A DNA stretch of 20,000 nucleotides from the IMG/VR virus record IMGVR_UViG_3300036766_000780. One strand, given 5' to 3'. This document shows, in pieces, positions 8,212 through 16,369 of this stretch (the first letter of the stretch is position 1; every line of letters starts with the position of its first letter). Source of the stretch: an uncultured virus (IMG/VR IMGVR_UViG_3300036766_000780). Taxonomy: Duplodnaviria > Heunggongvirae > Uroviricota > Caudoviricetes. The notes below the pieces were generated by a model. The model ran no database searches. It was not told where the DNA came from and worked only from the letters and a program-made list of their open reading frames with translations. Made by a program: the position numbers and the translations under genes.

Positions 8212-11200
8212 AAAACACCCTCATTCTCAACTATTATATTATTAATATTGGTATATGGTTTCCCTTCTTTTTTATAATAAAAGAAATAAGCAATTGATCC
8301 CTTTTTAAGGTTCTTTGGGTATACTAATTCATTAGTTTCTCTATCTGACCACACGACCTTTTCCGATATATATCCAGAACTATCAATAATTAATTTTAAA
8401 GCCTTCTTAGCTCCTCCCTGATAAGTAAACTCCTCCATGTTCACAACATACCCAGCCGTTACAAAATAATCATATCCATCTACGTCAGAAGAGTCAACAG
8501 TCTGAAGATATTCTCCCGATACTAGTTTATTCTCTCTACCTCTTTCGTCCATTATAGAATAATTTCCGTTCCTAGGAAAAATCATAGTTTTTGAGTGATT
8601 AGTTAATATTTTATGTAAATCTAAATTCATAGTAGGGAATATCTGTTTCTTTAATAAATAATCCGTAACTGGATGTAATGCTATGTATATGTTATCCACA
8701 GATCCTTTGATAGGTCCTTTTTCTATAAGATTCTTTAGAGACTTTATTTTTCTATTTAGTTTAGACGCATCTGCTTCTGATTTAGCTAATTCTCCAGCAT
8801 CTTTTTTATATTGCCCAACCTTGTTTTCATAAGCAACTAATTCTGAAGCATCTTCGTATTTTTGCATTTTAGTAAGAAGAGTATCGTTTTTATCAAATAA
8901 AGAATCTAGTATCCCTACATGAACTAATTTTTTAGATAGAGATTCTCCACATGGTTTTTTCTTAACAAAGTTATATACACTAGAATAAGGTCTGTTTGAT
9001 ATTATCTTGTCTGCTGTATTCTTACCTAGTCCAGATATGGTCGATAATTTATTTCTTAATTTTTTATTGTCATAGTCAATAGTTATTTCTTCATTTGACA
9101 GGTTAACATCAGGAGGAAGAACCATATCTTTGACGTATTTATATAAAACTTCATTTATTTCCTTGTCGTCTTTGTTAGTTAATATAGACGCCCACCACTC
9201 AAGAGGGTAGTAATACTTAAGAAATGCACAAGCATAGGATGTTATAGAATAAGCAACTGCGTGAGATTTGTTAAATCCATACCCGCCAAATGTTATCATC
9301 ATAGACCAAATTTTTTCAGCGGTTTCTAAGTCTACTTTTTTTATAGCTCCATCTATAAATTTAGGCTTTAAAGATTCTAGGAGTTTCATTTTCTTTTTAC
9401 CCATAAACTCACGAACATTTTCCGCATCTATAATACTCATGTTAGCTAACTCTTTAACTATTCTCACTAAATCTTCTTGATACACGAATGTACCGTGGGT
9501 TTCTGGTATTAATTTTTCTAATATTGGTATCTCACTCCCACTTCTTCCATATCTTCTCTCTACATATTCCTCAGCCATGTTTCTTCCGGTAACTTCATCT
9601 TTAAATCCAAGTGGTCCAGGTCTTACCAAACTTGTAATAATAGCACAGTCCATAATAGATTGAGGTTTAATTTCTTTTACAAAAGGCGTAGCAGATGTAG
9701 TATTTAATTGAAAAACAGTTTCTGTTTCTCCATTGCCCAACATATCATAGACTTCTTTATTTTGTGGCAAATGCCATATAAATACTTTTTCTCCGTTATG
9801 TTTAAAATATCCAGTTTCTATATTGTCGCCATTCTTTTTATTAATATGATCCATACATACTCTTATATCTTTAAGGGCGTCCACAACAAGGAAATCGTAT
9901 TTGACTAATCCTGCAAATTCACAATATTTATGCTCAAATTGAGTTACTCTCTTTACTCCGCCTATTTCCATGATAGGGACGTCTTCCTCTATAGGTCTAT
10001 TTGATATGATAAAAGCACATGCATGACGACCGACCTGCCTAGATAACGACAAGGCTCTTTTAACGATATCCCATTCTTTAGGTCTAGCCTCAGAGTATCC
10101 TCTGAGATCATCCGACTTATCTATTAATCCTTGAACATAGTTTCCATCATTATCGTTATATCCGAATATATATTCGTTATCATTTACACCCTGAGGAGTT
10201 GTCGGCAGGGATTTACTTAGATCTGATATTTCTTTTTCTAATTTTCCTCCATTAACAAATCTATTGGCATCTAATATGGCGCTTTTAATTCTTAATAATG
10301 TTCTAGTTGATATTTGAGCCGCTTTGTTTCCATACTTATTAAATAAATATCCTCCATTACCATCTCTACCGACCAAAGGAATTCTATCTTCCATGTCAAA
10401 ATCTATGTCTGGTAATTTGTTCGTTTGGACCCTATCTAGAGTAAGGAACCTAGAGGAGTGCAATTCATATTCTATGGGATTTACATGGGTTATTCCTATT
10501 AAATATGAAATGAGGAATCCGGAACTCGATCCTCTTCCGGGACCAACTAAATATCCGTTTTCTTTATAGAATCTATAAATGTCCTCTATAGGTAAAAAAT
10601 ATGGTATTAAATTGATTTTTCCGTTTTTAGTTAATAGATCGAATTCTTCTTTAAATTGTTTAACATATATAGGATCATCCCATCTCATCCTACCCACGTC
10701 TTTAATGATCTGTATTAATTTTTTTTCAGGTTCCTCAAAATAGGGCAATTTATAATCATATTTCAATACAAAATTATCAAAGTTAGAAGCCCAAGCATAA
10801 GAATTTTCTATAAATTTATTTATAGATTCGTTGTCTAACTTTAATTCTTCTTTGATATAATCTCTAGATTCTTCTGTAGATCTAACATACTGAGTTTGAA
10901 ATATTCTTTTTTCTTCTCCTAACTTCATATCTTGAACTACTTTGTCATCAGCAGTTGCATAATAGGAATAATTATTAATTAAAATTTTATTGTAATCTCC
11001 AGATTGCCTAGCTAAGGCTAATATAAACCTGTTAGCTTTTATCTGTACGTCTCCTCCAGGTATCATGTCAAAATCATTTATTACCTGAGTTGATAAGATA
11101 TCCTGGCAATCATCTTTTATTTTATGTTTAATCTTATTTACATATAAATGGGTTAATTTTACATTGGTCTCTCTAGAATATGTTAGATCTATCACTCTTG

Positions 11201-11858
11201 GTCTGTTTTTACCCTTAATGTTTGTTTCTACCCTATCGTAGGCTGGAAGATTAACTATTTTATTGTTCAATCTTGTTTTAACGAATGTTTTCCAAAATCT
11301 ATCGTGTCTAAAGGGAAGTATACTAGGATAAAATCTATCGCTACCGAATATCTCCTTTAACCTTTTATAATAAGCAACTCCTACATCGGCTCTACCGACT
11401 AATAAATGTTTAGAAACCATACACTCTACGTTTGACGTAGTAATTGTCACGTTATATTTCGATATTTCTCTTAGATCATTCCAATTAAATATCTTATGTT
11501 CGTTTTCGCCTATAGTTATTTTTCTTTTAGATTGATCTGAAATCATCTTCACTACATATTGATAAGCCGCTTGATCTTTGAAATGCACTATGATTTTGAA
11601 ATATTTGATTTTTTCAGATTCCGTGTTTCTAGCTAAATCACAGTCGGAATCTTTAAAGAATAACTCTATCCCTGGTATTAATTTAACGCCCTCTTCTTTA
11701 CAATAAATGTACGCTCTGATGATTGAGGCTAATGTTCCGTGATCCGTAACGGCGAAATAAGGGCATCCTAATTCTTTAGACCTATCTATCATGGATTCAA
11801 CGGTAGAACCCGATAAATACGATTCTGGATGATTACAAGGACTTATATGATTTTTCAT
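8208..11858 (-). CDS. dnaE: DNA polymerase III alpha subunit (DnaE, family C)
   Basis: PHP AVTDHG and PGIE, GPGRGSS, PDIDFD, GRHAC, KYDFL, VFQL, RPGP, YQE, GYGFNKSHAVAYS, HhH ISGLG and a C-terminal OB-like region. Confidence 0.97.
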   Translation of the reverse strand: MKNHISPCNHPESYLSGSTVESMIDRSKELGCPYFAVTDHGTLASIIRAYIYCKEEGVKLIPGIELFFKDSDCDLARNTESEKIKYFKIIVHFKDQAAYQYVVKMISDQSKRKITIGENEHKIFNWNDLREISKYNVTITTSNVECMVSKHLLVGRADVGVAYYKRLKEIFGSDRFYPSILPFRHDRFWKTFVKTRLNNKIVNLPAYDRVETNIKGKNRPRVIDLTYSRETNVKLTHLYVNKIKHKIKDDCQDILSTQVINDFDMIPGGDVQIKANRFILALARQSGDYNKILINNYSYYATADDKVVQDMKLGEEKRIFQTQYVRSTEESRDYIKEELKLDNESINKFIENSYAWASNFDNFVLKYDYKLPYFEEPEKKLIQIIKDVGRMRWDDPIYVKQFKEEFDLLTKNGKINLIPYFLPIEDIYRFYKENGYLVGPGRGSSSGFLISYLIGITHVNPIEYELHSSRFLTLDRVQTNKLPDIDFDMEDRIPLVGRDGNGGYLFNKYGNKAAQISTRTLLRIKSAILDANRFVNGGKLEKEISDLSKSLPTTPQGVNDNEYIFGYNDNDGNYVQGLIDKSDDLRGYSEARPKEWDIVKRALSLSRQVGRHACAFIISNRPIEEDVPIMEIGGVKRVTQFEHKYCEFAGLVKYDFLVVDALKDIRVCMDHINKKNGDNIETGYFKHNGEKVFIWHLPQNKEVYDMLGNGETETVFQLNTTSATPFVKEIKPQSIMDCAIITSLVRPGPLGFKDEVTGRNMAEEYVERRYGRSGSEIPILEKLIPETHGTFVYQEDLVRIVKELANMSIIDAENVREFMGKKKMKLLESLKPKFIDGAIKKVDLETAEKIWSMMITFGGYGFNKSHAVAYSITSYACAFLKYYYPLEWWASILTNKDDKEINEVLYKYVKDMVLPPDVNLSNEEITIDYDNKKLRNKLSTISGLGKNTADKIISNRPYSSVYNFVKKKPCGESLSKKLVHVGILDSLFDKNDTLLTKMQKYEDASELVAYENKVGQYKKDAGELAKSEADASKLNRKIKSLKNLIEKGPIKGSVDNIYIALHPVTDYLLKKQIFPTMNLDLHKILTNHSKTMIFPRNGNYSIMDERGRENKLVSGEYLQTVDSSDVDGYDYFVTAGYVVNMEEFTYQGGAKKALKLIIDSSGYISEKVVWSDRETNELVYPKNLKKGSIAYFFYYKKEGKPYTNINNIIVENEGVL

Positions 11859-12490
11859 CGTTCTTCTATTATACTAAGAATATCACTACTTATCAAGCCT
11901 GTTGAAGAAGATTTATTGTTTATAAACATTTTCCTAATGGTTTTATAAACTTCTACGGTCATTTTTACGTCTTCCTTAGCGTTGTGAGCTAATCCCTTGG
12001 GAAGTCCTAAATACTCTACTTGAGATTCTAAATTACCGATATCATTAGGGAAAAACCCTATATCTTGTAAAAAAGTTATAATGTCTAGGTTATCTAATTT
12101 TCTATAATGAATGTATTTATCCCACGTTTCGTGTTCTATCAATAGAGCCTTGATGAACTTTATATCAAATTCAATATTCTGACCGCAAGGTCTAAAACTT
12201 CTTTTTCTTCCTTTGATCTTGTTTTTGATTAAAAACGCCTCTATAGCTGTTTTAGCCGATGAATAGGTCATAGTCCTAGGGTCTTTTAAATGTTGTTCTA
12301 GATTTATCCCATTTATCCTCAAAGCCTCTTCCGTCACGTTTAATTCCATTCCTGGATCTGGTTTAAGCTGAAGATCTAATTCATCAATCATCTCAAAATT
12401 TTCATTTAAAATTAAGAAATAAGCCGTTAAAATGGCGTGTTTGTTGCTATCAAGTCCTGTCGTCTCGGTGTCAAAGAATAAATAATTAAT
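11855..12490 (-). CDS. dnaQ: DnaQ/epsilon-like DEDDh proofreading exonuclease (ATT start)
   Basis: Frame extends 33 codons upstream of the track's ATG (12391) and contains ExoI FFDTETTGL; also QNIEFD and HNAKED. ATT at 12490 lies 6 nt after AGGAG. ATGA overlap with dnaE. Confidence 0.85.
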   Translation of the reverse strand: MNYLFFDTETTGLDSNKHAILTAYFLILNENFEMIDELDLQLKPDPGMELNVTEEALRINGINLEQHLKDPRTMTYSSAKTAIEAFLIKNKIKGRKRSFRPCGQNIEFDIKFIKALLIEHETWDKYIHYRKLDNLDIITFLQDIGFFPNDIGNLESQVEYLGLPKGLAHNAKEDVKMTVEVYKTIRKMFINNKSSSTGLISSDILSIIEER

Positions 12491-12746
12491 GTTCCTCTCC
12501 TATTCCTAAAGCCTTTCTGAGCTTTATTATAGCACTTTTATAGGCTTTGTCAACTTCTTCCGGCGTTATTAGCAAAACCTTTCCTATTTTTTGATTAATT
12601 TCTTGTTCGGTATCGCCCTCTACTCCATCTGAATATCTATCGAGTAATTTTTTCAAAGAATTCTTAAATTTAGGGCAATATATGAAATCTTCCTCTTTGG
12701 CTATTCTTTCTTTTATCTTTTTCTTATTGATAATGTCGTTTTTCAT
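12486..12746 (-). CDS. Stand-alone sigma70 region 4-like HTH protein
   Basis: C-terminal QKIGKVLLITPEEVDKAYKSAIIKLRKAL parallels region 4.2 (EIG..LG.T.ERV.QI..KAL.KLR); only 86 aa, no region 2. Confidence 0.6.
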   Translation of the reverse strand: MKNDIINKKKIKERIAKEEDFIYCPKFKNSLKKLLDRYSDGVEGDTEQEINQKIGKVLLITPEEVDKAYKSAIIKLRKALGIGEEH

Positions 12747-13126
12747 TTATTTTTGGCTCTTTTTTTAAATTGTAACACAACTTGATCGTTATTTATTTTT
12801 TCATATTCTTTATTATAATATTCAAATGATTTGCTTTTATTGTTTATCATTTTTTCTACTTTATTCTTTGCAGACGTTAGCTGCGATATCCTCTGATTTG
12901 TGATTTTTAGTTCATTTTTAGATAATCTAAAGGACGAAGCTACTGTTACTACTTTTTGCGTTCTGTGTAAATCTATATTACTTATTAATTCCTCTTTATA
13001 TCTATTATAAAATATCAAATCTTTATTTAAAATATCTAGGTCATCTTCCAATATAGCTAGGTTCATCTCGATTCCCAGCAAAATATTTTTAAGCTCATCT
13101 TTTCTTTTTATCCTTTTTTTAATCAT
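12743..13126 (-). CDS. Coiled-coil hypothetical protein
   Basis: 127 aa with heptad-like pattern; ATGA overlap with the next gene. Confidence 0.65.
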   Translation of the reverse strand: MIKKRIKRKDELKNILLGIEMNLAILEDDLDILNKDLIFYNRYKEELISNIDLHRTQKVVTVASSFRLSKNELKITNQRISQLTSAKNKVEKMINNKSKSFEYYNKEYEKINNDQVVLQFKKRAKNK

Positions 13127-13127
13127 A

Positions 13128-13172
13128 ATTATACCGTCAATTCATTATACCACAAATAAAAAAGCCGTCACT
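13128..13172 (-). promoter_or_regulatory. Extended -10 promoter overlapping the terminator
   Basis: TGTGGTATAAT at 13144-13154 (possible -35 GTGACG 16 nt upstream, inside the hairpin) and a second GGTATAAT at 13128-13135. Confidence 0.65.
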
Positions 13173-13181
13173 AGGACGGCT
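13155..13181 (-). terminator. Rho-independent terminator
   Basis: Minus strand AGCCGTC-CTAGT-GACGGCT followed by TTTTTATTT, about 25 nt after the A1-like gene stop. Confidence 0.88.
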
Positions 13182-13204
13182 AAAATAAATAAAAATATAT
13201 TTGT

Positions 13205-14809
13205 TTACTTTAATCGCCATTTGCCCATTATAGAATTTATTAACTGTCTAGATCCGTTTGGATAAACCAAACAAGAAGTGTGCATCCAAGAAGAAGGACC
13301 TTCTGCGTAATCAAGATCAAGTCTACTAGTAGTTCCTACCTGGTAAGCCTCTCTTAATATTCCTGGCGTATGGGAGTGACCAATAGTACAAGCTTTGTAT
13401 GATCTTTCATGATTTTCTAAAGTACCCTTGGAACCATTTGGACCCTTATCTCCGTGGGTTCCACATTCTATCTTTGTAATCCTATAATCTTCATCTCTCT
13501 CTAGCCACTTTAATCTTTTTTTAGTTTCTTCATTTAAGAACATCTCTACGCCAAACTTTACAGGATCTTTATCATCAACCATTTCCTTAACTATCTCTAT
13601 AGCTATTTTAAAATTTTCATGATCCTTCATGAATCTACCGTCTTCCAGATACCTGGCAAGAAAATCATCATGATTAGATTTAGTTATTATGATTTTACCC
13701 TTTATGAGATCTAATAGATTTAATAAATCAACCGATGTGGTTTTAAGCTCTTTTGTTAAATTAGTATCGCCCGATAAAGCCATTCTAGCCTTTTTAATCA
13801 CTTTATTTTGAGTCCAGTGAGATATAGAGCTTCCGTTAAAAAGATCGTGAAGGATAAGGTCTTTAGGATTAGTTTCGCTTATGACTTCTTCCCAAACCTT
13901 AGCTGCAACTGGATCTGTTTCTCCTGAGTGCCAATCTCCTAAAATAAAAGCCTCGGGTTCTAATCTAGATATTTTTCCAGAACTAGTATAGTATCTAGCT
14001 AGATCTACGAAATTACCTGAATTAGGCTCAGCCTGTATTTGTCTAAAATAATATTTTTCATCTTCTAGTTCTAGAACTATAGCTCCTATCTTGTGATCAA
14101 ATTCAGCTAAAACCGCCGTTCTCTTACTACTATACGTTTCTGTTAGATAGTTGGGCTTAGTTATAGCTCCGGTTCCCATTAGAACGTGAGGAAGTTTATG
14201 GTTTGAGTTTGCAACTACTTTTAGCCTTTGTTTAGGAGAACCATATATAAAAGAACTATCCTGAGCCATTCTTCCTAGACCCGTGGTCGGATCTATTTGT
14301 TTAGCACCCATCTTTATGCCACTGATATAAATATTTGAATTTAATTCAAGATTATCAAATACGAGTTTTTCGTCTTTTAATATTTTATCGAGATCCCATC
14401 CGGCATCAGCAGCAGCATCAGATACTGGAATTACTAATAGGAGAGCTTTGTTTACTTTACAATAATTTTTTATTGCTTTATAAAATCCCCTATGAACCTC
14501 ACATCCAGTAACTGCGGTAGTTATTATAAATTTCTTATACTTAGCTACTTCATCTTCCAAAACCGAAAAATTAAAGGGATTAAACAATGTTTCGTCTATT
14601 ATGTGTTCAAAAGCCTTAGGATTTAATTTTCTAGCTTCTTGTTTAAGATCTCTATATGTACCAAAATGCCATCTTAGGGCGTTTCTAGAAACCCCCAATC
14701 CTTGCAATTCAGCATGAGTTGGGTTTCTCTTATTTTTCTTAACAAAATCGGAATAAACCTTAAGTATGTTTTTTCTAGCTTTATTCTGTTTTTCGCTATC
14801 CAATGACAT
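13205..14809 (-). CDS. A1: T5 A1-like protein (calcineurin-like metallophosphoesterase nuclease) with N-terminal HTH-like domain
   Basis: GDWH, HD, SNHD, ECGTHGDKGPNGSKG, GHSH, GPSSW..T..VYPNGSRQLI; middle region KFIIT, TGAITKPNY, AEFDHKIGAIVLE, FRQI. Order and length match my recollection of T5 A1. Confidence 0.82.
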   Translation of the reverse strand: MSLDSEKQNKARKNILKVYSDFVKKNKRNPTHAELQGLGVSRNALRWHFGTYRDLKQEARKLNPKAFEHIIDETLFNPFNFSVLEDEVAKYKKFIITTAVTGCEVHRGFYKAIKNYCKVNKALLLVIPVSDAAADAGWDLDKILKDEKLVFDNLELNSNIYISGIKMGAKQIDPTTGLGRMAQDSSFIYGSPKQRLKVVANSNHKLPHVLMGTGAITKPNYLTETYSSKRTAVLAEFDHKIGAIVLELEDEKYYFRQIQAEPNSGNFVDLARYYTSSGKISRLEPEAFILGDWHSGETDPVAAKVWEEVISETNPKDLILHDLFNGSSISHWTQNKVIKKARMALSGDTNLTKELKTTSVDLLNLLDLIKGKIIITKSNHDDFLARYLEDGRFMKDHENFKIAIEIVKEMVDDKDPVKFGVEMFLNEETKKRLKWLERDEDYRITKIECGTHGDKGPNGSKGTLENHERSYKACTIGHSHTPGILREAYQVGTTSRLDLDYAEGPSSWMHTSCLVYPNGSRQLINSIMGKWRLK

Positions 14810-14818
14810 CGCTTAATC

Positions 14819-15367
14819 CTACTGTGTAACTTCAGCCTTAGGTTCTGTTTTTGCTTGCTCTGGATTAGTAATATCATAAATTTCAAGTAATTCAAAGGTT
14901 AATCCGGCACCCTCTGTTCCTGTTTCTACGACATCTCCTACTTTTTTGCCGTTAAATCTTTCTCCGTCAATCAATTCAGCAACGGGGTATTGTAACCTAG
15001 GATTTAAAACGTTTTTATCTTTATCTAATTCTCTGAACACTACGAAAGAGCTTTTATTAACCGTTTCAGCAGATTTTAGATATCCTGCATTAGTCAGCGT
15101 AACGATTGCTACTTCAAGTTCTTTGATTCTTGATTTTAAAACCTTGTCGTTAACAGCTTCTGCATTAATATTACCAGTTGATCCTACTTCGATAGTAGCG
15201 TCTAGTCGCTTAAGCACAGCGGTAATAGATCCTCTGAGAGATTGTAATTCATTAATAATCGCTGAATTTTGATTATTAAGTTGAACTGCGTTTGATTCTA
15301 AAGCCTCTAGCCTTTCCGTTGCGGTCATCTTGTCGGTCGTTTTAACCTGTTGTTTACCATTGTTCAT
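14819..15367 (-). CDS. Divergent GreA/GreB-like protein
   Basis: N-terminal coiled coil with NAE and RIKELE, then LTNA, V...SFVVFRELD, GKKVGDVVE and terminal FELLEI, co-linear with the Gre consensus; GDLSEN tip not conserved. Confidence 0.5.
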   Translation of the reverse strand: MNNGKQQVKTTDKMTATERLEALESNAVQLNNQNSAIINELQSLRGSITAVLKRLDATIEVGSTGNINAEAVNDKVLKSRIKELEVAIVTLTNAGYLKSAETVNKSSFVVFRELDKDKNVLNPRLQYPVAELIDGERFNGKKVGDVVETGTEGAGLTFELLEIYDITNPEQAKTEPKAEVTQ

Positions 15368-15382
15368 TGAAATTCTCCTTTA

Positions 15383-16333
15383 TTAAGATTCTCTGTTTTT
15401 CTTAGAAACTATATTGTTTACTAATCCTGTTATATCAACTCCACCGCTAGACATTACATTTCCTGAATTTTGCTGCTGACTATAATGAGCTACTAAATTT
15501 TCTATAGCAGGAGCAGGAAGAGCGTTTTTAGGTTTCTTTTTACCGGTGCTTTTTATTTTAGCATTTGCGTCTAAAAGCTCTTGTGTAGTCATTTCGCCGA
15601 TAGGTTTTCTATCTTTCATTTTTTGAATATCTTCCATCGCCAATTGCTCTATTGTCTTTCTTTGAGGTACTTTTTTAACTACATTTTCAGATTCGCTTCT
15701 TCTAACCTCTCTTTGAACGTTATTGGACTGACTTGCCAATATAGGTCTAGCTATATTGGCAGGTACTATTTTAGGAGTATTTTCTCTGTTTTCTTTAATT
15801 CTTAATGGTCTTAGGGATACTTCTTTAGGCTGTTCCTGAACAGTTACCTGAGCATTTCTGGCTTTTCCTTTAGTAGATTCTCCCTTAGTCCCCATGTATG
15901 ACAGTTTCTTTAAAAATTCTATCTCTATATCATTAAAATCAGATTCTACTACTATATTGGTCGGCTCTTCTTTTATAGCGGTTCTTTGTCTTATACCTAG
16001 TAAAATCTCTAGTCTTTCTATTATATAGTTTTTAAGCTCTTCTTGTACGTTTCTAAGAGCGGTTGGGTTTGCCGTAACTCCTTCAAATATATCGTGTTTT
16101 ATTAGCATTTCATATAATTTAGCCTGTTGAAGCCTTAATTCAGCTTCTTCTAAAATAGAAGAATCGCTTTTAGATAACTCATAAGATGAATTACTAATTA
16201 ATGACTGATGTGGCGAAGAATCGTTCCTATTTACAGGACGAACGTTCTCAATTTCTTGATCTGGCATAATTTCCTTTATCATTTCATATTCAGAAACAGG
16301 TTCCTGATTATTACCCTTATCCCAAAAACTCAT
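15383..16333 (-). CDS. Hypothetical protein (316 aa, helical core plus disordered C-terminal half)
   Basis: Start revised to ATG 16333 (AAGGAG SD). Confidence 0.7.
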   Translation of the reverse strand: MSFWDKGNNQEPVSEYEMIKEIMPDQEIENVRPVNRNDSSPHQSLISNSSYELSKSDSSILEEAELRLQQAKLYEMLIKHDIFEGVTANPTALRNVQEELKNYIIERLEILLGIRQRTAIKEEPTNIVVESDFNDIEIEFLKKLSYMGTKGESTKGKARNAQVTVQEQPKEVSLRPLRIKENRENTPKIVPANIARPILASQSNNVQREVRRSESENVVKKVPQRKTIEQLAMEDIQKMKDRKPIGEMTTQELLDANAKIKSTGKKKPKNALPAPAIENLVAHYSQQQNSGNVMSSGGVDITGLVNNIVSKKNRES

Positions 16334-16353
16334 ATAAAAATCTCCTTCAGAAT

Positions 16354-16364
16354 ATAATACCACA
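16354..16364 (-). promoter_or_regulatory. Putative extended -10 promoter
   Basis: TGTGGTATTAT in the intergenic gap just upstream of the SD; same TRTGG-TAT motif as at 2111 and 13144; no clear -35. Confidence 0.5.
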
Positions 16365-16369
16365 ATATT

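Noticed and set aside
8208..11858. Intein or intron in dnaE
   Set aside because: ORF is continuous and normal length; no intein splice-junction or LAGLIDADG motifs seen around the insertions.
13205..14809. Calling the phosphoesterase SbcD/Mre11, partner of the SbcC-like ATPase
   Set aside because: The phosphoesterase domain is C-terminal and motifs fit A1 better; the true partner probably lies outside the window.
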